A program made the translations under genes and the position numbers. From assembly GCA_964291675.2 (NCBI GenBank), contig OZ219866.1:3296001-3360000 (forward strand): a stretch of 64,000 nucleotides of DNA, given 5' to 3'. The stretch is from Alphaproteobacteria bacterium. GTDB taxonomy: Bacteria; Pseudomonadota; Alphaproteobacteria; MPNO01. Under the pieces are notes generated by a model, which was not told the DNA's origin, did no database searches, and was given only the letters and a program-made list of their open reading frames with translations. Of the stretch, positions 56,188 through 64,000 are shown one piece after another (positions within the stretch are counted from its first letter, which is position 1; each line of letters opens with the position of its first letter).

Positions 56188-56988
56188 ATGCCAAAGCCAC
56201 TGGTCGGCATCATCGGCTCCAGGCACCTGGTCAACGACCGCTACCCGGCGCAGCTCGTGGGCGAGAAGAATCTGCGCGCCGTCGCCGAGGTCGCCGGCGC
56301 GCTGCCGGTGATGTTCGCCGGCGCGCCCGACGTGACCGATATCGCCGCGCTGCTCGATGCCGTCGACGGGGTGCTGCTGACCGGCGGGCGGTCCAACGTC
56401 CATCCGGCGCATTTCAACGTCGAGCCCAGCCCGAGCCACGAGCCCTACGACCGGGAGCGCGACGCGGTGGCGCTGCAAGTGACCGAGGCCTGTATCGCGC
56501 GCGGCGTGCCGATCCTCGGCCTCTGCCGCGGCATCCAGGAGATGGGGGTCGCCTTCGGCAGCACCCTGCATCCCGAGATCCGAGACCTGCCCGGGCGCAT
56601 CAACCACCGCGCCACGCGGCTGGCGAACGGCGAGATCCATCCCGACCAGGACGTCGTGTTCGCCGACCGCCACGACGTGCGCCTGGTCCCGGGCGGCATT
56701 TTCGCGCGCCTGTTCGGCCGCGAGACCGTCCGCGTCAACTCGCTGCACGGCCAGGGCATATTGGAGCCCGGCGCGCGCGTCGTCGTCGAGGGGGTGGCCG
56801 AGGACGGCACCATCGAGGCCATCCGCATCGCCGGCGCCCCCGGCTTCGCGCTCGGCGTCCAGTGGCATGCCGAGCACGACCCGCAGACCAACCCGGTCAA
56901 CCGAGCCCTGTTCCGCGCCTTCGGCGCGGCGGTCAGGGAGGGCGGGCATCCTTCGATACGCCCGCCTTCGACGGGCTACTCAGGATGA
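56188..56988 (+). CDS. Gamma-glutamyl-GABA hydrolase family (peptidase C26, PuuD-like)
   Basis: GVLLTGG, LGLCRGIQE, VNSLHGQG, GVQWHAE; C-terminal tail is encoded by a family A repeat. Confidence 0.9.
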   Translation: MPKPLVGIIGSRHLVNDRYPAQLVGEKNLRAVAEVAGALPVMFAGAPDVTDIAALLDAVDGVLLTGGRSNVHPAHFNVEPSPSHEPYDRERDAVALQVTEACIARGVPILGLCRGIQEMGVAFGSTLHPEIRDLPGRINHRATRLANGEIHPDQDVVFADRHDVRLVPGGIFARLFGRETVRVNSLHGQGILEPGARVVVEGVAEDGTIEAIRIAGAPGFALGVQWHAEHDPQTNPVNRALFRAFGAAVREGGHPSIRPPSTGYSG

Positions 56989-57145
56989 GGGGTGGGGGCA
57001 AGGGTTTTCGCCTCATCCTGAGTAGGCCCCGCAGGGGCCGTATCGAAGGGCGCCCCCTCCGGGGGCTACTCAGGATGCGGATGGGGTGGTATCTCTGAAG
57101 AATACTCCCCTCATCCCGAGTAGGCGCGAAGCGCCGTTTCGAGGG
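56950..57145. repeat. Family A palindromic repeats, four alternating half-units
   Basis: ccttcgatacg..ctactcaggatgagg / cctcatcctgagtag..cgtatcgaagg / ggctactcaggatg / cctcatcccgagtag..tttcgaggg. Confidence 0.85.
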
Positions 57146-57150
57146 ACGCC

Positions 57151-58752
57151 ATGCCCGATCCCGCCAGACTCGACGCGCTGATCGTCGGCGCCGGCTTCGC
57201 CGGGCTCTACATGCTGCACAAGCTGCGCGGCGCGGGCTTCGCCGCGCGCGCGGTCGAGGCGGCCTCCGGCGTCGGCGGCACCTGGTACTGGAACCGCTAC
57301 CCCGGCGCGCGCTGCGACGTGGAGAGCATGTTCTACTGCTACCAGTTCGACGACGCGCTGTCGCGGGACTGGGAGTGGACCGAGCGCTACCCCGCGCAGG
57401 CGGAGATCCTGCGCTACGCCGAGCACGTCGCCGACCGGTTCGACCTCTGGCCCGACATCTCGCTCGACACAAGCGTCGCCGCGGCGGCGTGGGACGGGGA
57501 TGAAGCCCGCTGGCGGGTCGCGACCGACGCCGGCGACGAATATCTCGCCCGATACTGCATCATGGCGACCGGCTGCCTGTCGGCGGCGAACCGGCCGGAT
57601 TTCGCCGGGCTCGACGATTTCGCCGGGCGGGTGTTCCACACCGGGCGCTGGCCGCACGAGACGGTCGATTTCTCGGGAAGGCTGGTGGGCGTGGTCGGCA
57701 CCGGCTCCTCGGCGGTGCAGGCGATCCCGGAGATCGCCAGGGAGGCCGCCCGCGTCACCGTGTTCCAGCGCACGGCGAGCTATGTCGTGCCGGCGAAGAA
57801 CCGGCCGCTCGATGCCGCCGAGCAGGCCGACATCAAGGCGCGCTACCCCGAGCTCCGCGCCGCCGCGAGAAAGACCTTTGGCGGGTTCGCGGTGGCCATC
57901 GCCCAGCAATCCGCGCTCGCGGTGCCGGAAGACGAGTGCCGCGCGACGCTGGCCCGCGCCTGGGACCAGGGCGGGATCGGCTTTCTGAACGCCTATCGCG
58001 ATTTCGGCTTCGACGAGGCGGCGAACCGGCGGGCGCAGGATTTCGTCCGCCAGAAGATCCGCGAGACCGTCAGCGACCCCGAGACCGCCGAGAAGCTCAC
58101 GCCCCGGCACGTGATCGGCTGCAAGCGGCTCTCCCTCGGCGACGACTACTACGCCGCCTTCAACCGGCCCAATGTCGAGCTGGTGCCGCTCGGCGAGGAC
58201 GGGATCGGCCGCATCCTGCCGGGTGGGCTCGTCGCGGGCGGCCGGGAATACGCGTTCGACGACCTGGTGCTGGCCACCGGTTTCGATGCGATGACCGGCG
58301 CGCTCGCCCGCATCGACATACGCGGCAGGGGCGGGCGCGCCCTCGCCGAGGCGTGGCAGGCGGGGCCGCGCATGTATCTCGGCCTGATGTCGAACGGCTT
58401 CCCCAACCTGTTCGCGATAACCGGCCCCGGCAGCCCCTCGGTGCTGTCCAACATGATGCCGACCATCGAGCACCACGTGGAGTGGATCGCCGCCTGCCTG
58501 GAATACCTGCGCGACAAGGGGGTCCGCGAGATCGAGCCCGCGCTGGAGGCCCAGGACGCGTGGGTCGAGCACGGCAACGAGGTGGCCTCGAAGACGCTGC
58601 GCTACAACTGCAGCTCGTGGTATCTCGGCGCCAACGTCCCCGGCAAGCCGCGCGTCTTCATGCCCTATATCGGCGGCATGCCGTCCTACATGGAGAAATG
58701 CGCCGCCGTCGCGGAGTCGGGCTATGAGGGGTTCGAGCTGACCCCGGGGTGA
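57151..58752 (+). CDS. Type I Baeyer-Villiger monooxygenase (CHMO/PAMO-like)
   Basis: GAGFAG, GGTWYWNRYPGARCD, fingerprint FAGRVFHTGRWP, GTGSS, ATGFD, SWYLGANVPGKP. Confidence 0.95.
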   Translation: MPDPARLDALIVGAGFAGLYMLHKLRGAGFAARAVEAASGVGGTWYWNRYPGARCDVESMFYCYQFDDALSRDWEWTERYPAQAEILRYAEHVADRFDLWPDISLDTSVAAAAWDGDEARWRVATDAGDEYLARYCIMATGCLSAANRPDFAGLDDFAGRVFHTGRWPHETVDFSGRLVGVVGTGSSAVQAIPEIAREAARVTVFQRTASYVVPAKNRPLDAAEQADIKARYPELRAAARKTFGGFAVAIAQQSALAVPEDECRATLARAWDQGGIGFLNAYRDFGFDEAANRRAQDFVRQKIRETVSDPETAEKLTPRHVIGCKRLSLGDDYYAAFNRPNVELVPLGEDGIGRILPGGLVAGGREYAFDDLVLATGFDAMTGALARIDIRGRGGRALAEAWQAGPRMYLGLMSNGFPNLFAITGPGSPSVLSNMMPTIEHHVEWIAACLEYLRDKGVREIEPALEAQDAWVEHGNEVASKTLRYNCSSWYLGANVPGKPRVFMPYIGGMPSYMEKCAAVAESGYEGFELTPG

Positions 58753-58758
58753 GGGGCG

Positions 58759-58872
58759 TCCTTCGATACGCCCGCCTGCGGCGGGCTACTCAGGATGAGG
58801 GATTGGGGCGGTGGACGGCCCGACACCCTGCCCTCATCCCGAGCAGGCCCCCGCAGGGGCCGTATCGAGGGA
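58759..58872. repeat. Family A palindromic repeat (inverted pair)
   Basis: ccttcgatacgcccgcctgcggcgggctactcaggatgagg ... ccctcatcccgagcaggccc..cgtatcgaggg. Confidence 0.85.
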
Positions 58873-58909
58873 TGGGCTGGACAAAAATCCCCTGATATGA
58901 AAAAACCGC

Positions 58910-58938
58910 TTGACATGGGACGCGTTTTGGGGTATATT
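58910..58938 (+). promoter_or_regulatory. Near-consensus sigma70 promoter
   Basis: TTGACA (58910-58915), 17 nt, TATATT (58933-58938), with an upstream A-tract. Confidence 0.75.
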
Positions 58939-58955
58939 TGCCACAGTGGCCAAAT

Positions 58956-58985
58956 AGGGCGCCGGAAGAGCCGGCGCCCTTTTTC
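58956..58985 (+). terminator. Intrinsic terminator-like hairpin
   Basis: agggcgccgg-aagag-ccggcgccct followed by a T-run. Confidence 0.65.
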
Positions 58986-59029
58986 GTGCCCGGACGGTCC
59001 CGCGCGGCGCGGCAGGGAGAGCAGCGGCT

Positions 59030-59629
59030 ATGGACGGACGCCCGATCGGCTGGCTGGACCGGGTCGAGCCGGGCGACGTCTGGCCCGGCGAGCGCGCCGA
59101 TTTCGTCCCCTGGCTGGCGGCGCCGGAGGCCCTGCGGCGGCTCGGCGAGGCGCTCCGGCTCGAGCTCGAGCCGCAGGCGCTGGAGCGGCGGGTCGGGCGG
59201 TTCCGCGCCGATCTCCTGTGCCGCGACGCCGCCAGCGGATCGCCGGTGGTGATCGAGGCCCAGCTCGGGCGTTCCGACCACCGCCATCTCGGCCAGGTCC
59301 TGGCCTACGCGGCGGGGCTCGACGCCGCCGCCGTGGTCTGGCTGGCGGCGCGGTTTTGCGACGAGCATTTGGTGGCGATCGACTGGCTGAACCGCCCCGG
59401 CGACAGCCTCGCCCGCTTCTTCGCGGTCGAGATCGCGGCGTGGCGGGCGGGCGAGGCGGGCATCGCGGCACGGTTCGACGTGATCGCCCGGCCTCCCGAC
59501 TGGCCCGCCCCGGCCGAAGAGCGCAAGCCGCTCCGCCCGCAGCCGGTGCGCGGCGCGGTGCGCTGGACCGGCCCGCGCCGTCCCGACGGCGGCCGGGCAG
59601 GGCCCAGGCGGCTGGCGATCGCGGGGTGA
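59030..59629 (+). CDS. Protein resembling the N-terminal nuclease-like domain of DUF4268 proteins; C-terminus divergent or truncated
   Basis: DVWPGERADFVPWL, VGRFRADLLC, VVIEAQLGRSDHRHLGQVLAYAAG, IDWLN, FFAVEI. Confidence 0.65.
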   Translation: MDGRPIGWLDRVEPGDVWPGERADFVPWLAAPEALRRLGEALRLELEPQALERRVGRFRADLLCRDAASGSPVVIEAQLGRSDHRHLGQVLAYAAGLDAAAVVWLAARFCDEHLVAIDWLNRPGDSLARFFAVEIAAWRAGEAGIAARFDVIARPPDWPAPAEERKPLRPQPVRGAVRWTGPRRPDGGRAGPRRLAIAG

Positions 59630-59637
59630 GCGGGGGG

Positions 59638-62385
59638 CTACTCCGGGGCGACGGCGCCGAAGCTCCCGATCACGTTGTTGTCGTTCTTCTGGAACATGCC
59701 GGCGGCTTCCCGGTGCGCCGGGCCGAAGAAGCCGCCTTCCACGTAGCCGCCGTCGAAGCCGCCAAACGTGCCGTCGGAGGAGAGGGGGACGTTCGCGAAA
59801 CCGAAATTCGCCACCTCGCGCCGCAAGTCCATGCTCCTGACGCCGGAGAAGCCGATGTCGACCCGGTCGCGGCCGAACGAGACGCGCACGCTCGCGCGGC
59901 CCTCCACGAACGGGTCCTCGCCGGCCTCCAGGCCGGACTGGTATCCGACCATCCGCCCGTCCCAGCTCGCCCCGCCGGTCGGGCGGGTTCCGGCGAGGTC
60001 GCCCTGGAAGCCGGTTCCGCGGATGGAATGGTTCGACACCGAGCCGTCCTCCGACTCCCAGCCGTGGAAGCGGTAGAACCCGGTGCCGAACGCGGCGTGC
60101 CGCATGGTCCCGTAATAGCCGTCCTGCTGGAACCGTCCCGTGCCCCCGTCGGTGCCGTGGGCGGCGCGCCGGGCGATGCGGATCGCGCCATGATCGGCGA
60201 CCATGTCTTGGGACAGCCACTCGCCCCAGCCGGCCGTCCAGCCGAGCACGCGCTCGCGGGGCGTCCGCTCTCCCGAGGCGGCCACTTCGTACCAGTCATT
60301 GCCCGCTTGCCACCAGTTGAACCTGCCCTCGCAGCCGGACCCGCACCGGTACCGGTACCATCCGTCCGTGCCTTCGCCGGTGCCGTGCTGGGACGTCATG
60401 CCCCTGAGGTGGTCCGCCTCGGCGATCACGTCGTCGCGCCCGGGTCTCTCGTCGTGCCTCGCGCCGAAGCTCGCGACCAGCCCGGCCCGGGGATCGTCGA
60501 GCGTGCCGGCGACCTCCTCGTGCCGCGGTCCGTAGAAATCGGCCGCGAGAGACACCCCGGGGGAGTCGCCGGTTATCCCGTCATCCGTCACCGCGATCGG
60601 ATAGTGCAGGCTGCCTCCGGCGAAGAGGTGGCGCCGTCCCTCGTACAAGGTCCGCAGCGAGGTGAAGCTCGCCTTGCCGGTCATGGTATCGAGAACGACC
60701 GCGAGATTCGCATGGCCATGGACCGGGGGAAGGCCGGGCAGCTCGACCGCGGTGCCGATCAGCCCGCCCGAGTAGCGCACCGTCCCGGCGAGCGGGAAGG
60801 AGCGGGCGAGAGCGCCGCTGCTGGGATCGCCGAACGCATCGGCCTCGGCCCACAGCAGATCCACCGTGTCCAGGCTGCGGAACCCGGCGCCCGAGATCGA
60901 GTAGCGCGGCTGCGGGTCGGCGAGCGACACCTTCAGCTCGCGCGACACCGAGAGCGTGAAGGCCGAATGGTCCATCCAGCCCGCCAGCCCGTAGGTCTCC
61001 GGCCGGTCGGTCGGCGGCCCGATCGACATCCCGATATCGGCGAGGAAGGCGAAATCGATCTCCGCGGGCAGGAACGCGGGTATGCCGCCGGATTGCGTGC
61101 AATAGGCCATGACCGACGCGCAGACCCCGCTATGCGCGTAGTCGATCTGCCCAGCGTCGGAGCTGCGCTCCCCGCCATGCCAGCCATGCGTATCGTCGGC
61201 GTCCTGGAACGGCGCAGGCCCGCCATGGACCGCCATCACGTGCGGACCTCTCCAGGTGCCGGCCTCGCGGTCGATATAGGAAGCAAGCCGTTCCTCGACC
61301 GCCTCGCCGAACCACGAACCGATCACGTGGCCGATCTCGTGCACCATCACGTGGAAGAGCGAGCTTTCCGTCGCCTCTTCCAGGTAGCTCTCGTCGAGTG
61401 CGAGTGCGCCGCTATGCGGTTCCCAGACGGCGCCCGGCCGCAGGCTCCGGGCACCGCCCCTCCCGTCGGCTTCGCCCAGATCGGCCCCGGTCACGTATAT
61501 GACGAGGCCGGTGCTGGTCTCGCCGCCCGGCCCGACGCGGATCTCGCTCCCGTCGGCGCCGCGGTCTCCGATCAGGCGGCCCTTGGACTCGCCGAACCCG
61601 CGCTCCCAGGCCTGCCACGTGTCGCCGATGCGCCGGCTCCAGGCCTTGCCCGCCCGTTCGAGCGCCGCCCCGACCGAGGGGTCCTCGCGCAGCTTGCCGG
61701 TCGCATATTGGAGGTCGAAATCGATGGACAGCGTATCCGCCGGACCGCCGGCCCAGCGTCCATAGGCGATGCCGCGCCCGCGGCCCAGCATGGTGACGGT
61801 ATCGCCGTCCGCGAACCCGGGGACCGCCCGCCCGGCGCCGGCCTCCCGCGCGTCCTCCAGCAACGCCAGGAAATCGCCGATGTCGCCGTCGGGGTCCGCC
61901 GCCGCCGACAGCCCGGCCGACAGCGGGTCGCCGCGGCGGTGCCCCCAGTGGTCGAGCAGGTCGTCCGCCTCGACGTTGTTCCTGGGGCGCAGCGACACGC
62001 GCCGCCCGCCGGGCGGAGACCCGTCCGCCGACAGGCGGCCGGCCTCCGGCCCCGCGGCCTCCGGCGCGGCCGCGCCGGCGACGAGCGGGTCGAGGGCCGG
62101 GGCGGGACCCGCCGCGGCCGGGCCGGGCGCCCGGTCCCGCGTGACGGCTTGCCCGGTCCCGGCGCCGCCGCCGGCCGGCGTCACGGCGGGAGCGCGCGGC
62201 CCGACGGTCTGGCCCGGACCGATGCAGGACGTGGCCAGCAGGGTCGAGGCCAAGGCCGCGGCGGCGACGGTGCAGCGCCGGCGAAGCGCGCGCCGCGCGA
62301 TGTCCCGGCTCGCCCCCGCCACGGCGCAGGGCGTCCCGGAGTCCGAGAGCCGAAGCGCCGCTTCGAACGCGTCGTCGACCGTCAT
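59638..62385 (-). CDS. Large putative surface lipoprotein: zincin metallopeptidase plus TbpB-like beta-barrel domains
   Basis: LLATSC lipobox-like; HVMVHEIGHVIG and SVMAY Met-turn; two FYGPRHEEVAG / FFGPAHREAAGMF..GSFGA barrel ends; start uncertain. Confidence 0.72.
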   Translation of the reverse strand: MTVDDAFEAALRLSDSGTPCAVAGASRDIARRALRRRCTVAAAALASTLLATSCIGPGQTVGPRAPAVTPAGGGAGTGQAVTRDRAPGPAAAGPAPALDPLVAGAAAPEAAGPEAGRLSADGSPPGGRRVSLRPRNNVEADDLLDHWGHRRGDPLSAGLSAAADPDGDIGDFLALLEDAREAGAGRAVPGFADGDTVTMLGRGRGIAYGRWAGGPADTLSIDFDLQYATGKLREDPSVGAALERAGKAWSRRIGDTWQAWERGFGESKGRLIGDRGADGSEIRVGPGGETSTGLVIYVTGADLGEADGRGGARSLRPGAVWEPHSGALALDESYLEEATESSLFHVMVHEIGHVIGSWFGEAVEERLASYIDREAGTWRGPHVMAVHGGPAPFQDADDTHGWHGGERSSDAGQIDYAHSGVCASVMAYCTQSGGIPAFLPAEIDFAFLADIGMSIGPPTDRPETYGLAGWMDHSAFTLSVSRELKVSLADPQPRYSISGAGFRSLDTVDLLWAEADAFGDPSSGALARSFPLAGTVRYSGGLIGTAVELPGLPPVHGHANLAVVLDTMTGKASFTSLRTLYEGRRHLFAGGSLHYPIAVTDDGITGDSPGVSLAADFYGPRHEEVAGTLDDPRAGLVASFGARHDERPGRDDVIAEADHLRGMTSQHGTGEGTDGWYRYRCGSGCEGRFNWWQAGNDWYEVAASGERTPRERVLGWTAGWGEWLSQDMVADHGAIRIARRAAHGTDGGTGRFQQDGYYGTMRHAAFGTGFYRFHGWESEDGSVSNHSIRGTGFQGDLAGTRPTGGASWDGRMVGYQSGLEAGEDPFVEGRASVRVSFGRDRVDIGFSGVRSMDLRREVANFGFANVPLSSDGTFGGFDGGYVEGGFFGPAHREAAGMFQKNDNNVIGSFGAVAPE

Positions 62386-62955
62386 GGCACTGTCCCCCCG
62401 ACCGCCGTCCCGCGGCCCGTCTGCAGCGAGAAGCCCGGCCCCCGCGCGAGAGCTTCCGACGGCTTCCGGCGGGGATTCTTCTTCCTGTCTTCAACAGTTT
62501 AGGCTATGTCCTTGATGTCGTGCAAGAAGATTCGCGATGCCCTCCGCGGCGCCACGGCGGTCCGGTTCAGCGCGACCCAGGCGGACCGGGTCGGGCGCGT
62601 TCGGGCAGCGGGGCAGGCGGTCGGGTCGGAGACCGCGAAGCCGGGCCACGCGCCGGAGTCCCGGTTGGCGACGGGGCCGTGGCCGGCGCCTCCCGCATCC
62701 GATCGCGCCGTCGGCCCGGGCACCGGCTGGACGATATGCACGCCGGGGCGTCGTCGTAGAGGTCGGCGCTCGGCTCGGTTCCGGCAAGTCGTTCGTGCCG
62801 CGGCAGCCACGCAGGCTCCGCTCGCATCGACCGCTTCGCTCGTCCCGTCGCCGCGCCGGCTCTCCGCGCTCGCCGCGTTGCCGCTCGGAACGCCCCCCGG
62901 CATTAGTTCCGGCGCCCTGGCATGACAATGGGGGCGTTGCCGCTACCCCCACCAC

Positions 62956-63089
62956 GTCATGGCCGGACTTGATCCGGCCATCCATGCGGCCTCTCGGCCT
63001 GCACGGCGGCCGGCCGGGAGGTGTGGCGGCGCCAGTGGTTGCGCGGATCAAGTCCGCGCATGGGTGGCCGGATCAAGTCCGGCCATGAC
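62956..63089. repeat. Family B palindromic repeat
   Basis: gtcatggccggacttgatccggccatcca...ggatcaagtccgcgcatgggtggccggatcaagtccggccatgac; shares ggcgccagtggttgcgcggatcaagtccgcgcatgggtggccggatca with 48910-48957. Confidence 0.88.
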
Positions 63090-63139
63090 GGGGGGGATTA
63101 GCGGAGGCGGGGCGTATCGACGGACCGCCCCCCGCCCCC

Positions 63140-63616
63140 TCACACCCCCGCCAGCGGCAGCGCGGTCGCGTACTTCACCTGGTTGAGGGCGAAGCTCGAC
63201 TTGATCGAGGCGACGCCGGCGACGCGGGTCAGGTGCTCTTTCAGGAAGCGCTCGTAGGCCGTGAGGTCGGAGACCACGACGCGGAGCAGGTAGTCGGCGT
63301 CGCCGGTCATCAGGTAGCACTCCATCACCTCGGGGCGGCCGCCGACGGCGCGCTCGAAGGTCTCCAGCGCCCGCTCGACCTGGCGCTCCAGCGTCACCTG
63401 GACGAACACCGAGATCGGCAGCCCCACCGCGCCCGGCTCGACCAGCGCCGCGTAGCCCTTGATCACGCCCCCGCGCTCCAGCGCGCGCACCCGGCGCAGG
63501 CAGGGCGACGGCGACAGCCCGACCGCCTCGGCAAGCGCGGCGTTGGAGATCCGCGCGTCGGCCTGGAGCACGCCCAGGATGCGGCGGTCGATCGCATCGA
63601 GCTCGGGGTTTGGCAT
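63140..63616 (-). CDS. Lrp/AsnC family transcriptional regulator
   Basis: LDAIDRRILGVLQADARISNAALAEAVGLSPSPCLRRVRALE, ECYLMTGDADYLL. Confidence 0.95.
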   Translation of the reverse strand: MPNPELDAIDRRILGVLQADARISNAALAEAVGLSPSPCLRRVRALERGGVIKGYAALVEPGAVGLPISVFVQVTLERQVERALETFERAVGGRPEVMECYLMTGDADYLLRVVVSDLTAYERFLKEHLTRVAGVASIKSSFALNQVKYATALPLAGV

Positions 63617-63818
63617 AACCTGCCTCCGATATGCCGTCTGCGCCGGTTTCGTTGCGCAAACCCTGCATTTCGCGCAGCCCTTCGCAACATATTTTTTGGC
63701 CGCCCGGCCTATATTCCGGGTCACGCAGGTCCCAAGCGTCCCGCTGGGGAGCGAGCGATGTCCAGCCTGTCGGCCGGAGACGCATACTAAGCAGGGGCCG
63801 GCGGAAGGGGATAGCGGC

Positions 63819-64000
63819 ATGAGGACGAGCGCCCGAAAGCGAAACTCATCCGGGAATGAAGGTAAAGCCTGCGACGCCGTTGTGAAATGCATCGAGCGGC
63901 GTACTGGCGAGACGCGCGCGGCGGTTCGGCGCCCCGAGACGGACGGGATTGGTCCGCCGGTGGATTTCCGGCTGAGGCTCGGTGCCCGGGAATATGCTAT
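63819..64000 (+). CDS. Hypothetical protein, partial (runs off the window end)
   Basis: Not in the ORF track. MRTSARKRNSSGNEGKACDAVVKCIERRTGETRAAVRRPETDGIGPPVDFRLRLGAREYA...; lower GC; E...PPVD pattern reminiscent of PD-(D/E)xK proteins. Confidence 0.5.
   Translation, partial: MRTSARKRNSSGNEGKACDAVVKCIERRTGETRAAVRRPETDGIGPPVDFRLRLGAREYA

Noticed and set aside
62390-62950. ORFs in the 62.4-62.9 kb gap
   Set aside because: No recognisable motifs or consistent coding frame; left unannotated.

Overview
Very GC-rich chromosomal window, most likely from an alphaproteobacterium (Rhodospirillales-like; inferred from the gene orders serC-serA-hisZ-purA and moxR/DUF1285/nudL/cca, and from alphaproteobacterial palindromic repeats). 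Core content: a complete F420 biosynthesis cluster (fbiC-npdG-cofE-cofD-cofC); many catabolic enzymes (P450, amidohydrolase, CoA ligases including a 4-chlorobenzoate-CoA ligase-like protein, opine dehydrogenase, LLM oxidoreductase, BVMO, CoxL-like protein); a MoxR operon; an OmpR/EnvZ-like pair; serine and purine genes. Accessory content: three tandem lipoprotein S8 proteases (two share a near-identical ~930 bp block), a metalloprotease/TbpB-like lipoprotein, two VapBC-type TA pairs, an intact IS256 with an 8-bp TSD inside a palindromic repeat, and two repeat families. Best candidates for undescribed systems: (1) a NYN/Zn-ribbon ribonuclease gene preceded by a promoter and a ~100-nt structured, possibly pseudoknotted RNA; (2) an islet at the P450 3' end, flanked by degenerate 41-bp direct repeats, with hicB, a small unknown protein and an ImmA/IrrE-like protein with a degenerate HExxH; (3) a tandem FlK-thioesterase pair whose catalytic residues appear split between the two genes. 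No rRNA, tRNA or CRISPR array was seen. All assignments were made by eye, without database searches.
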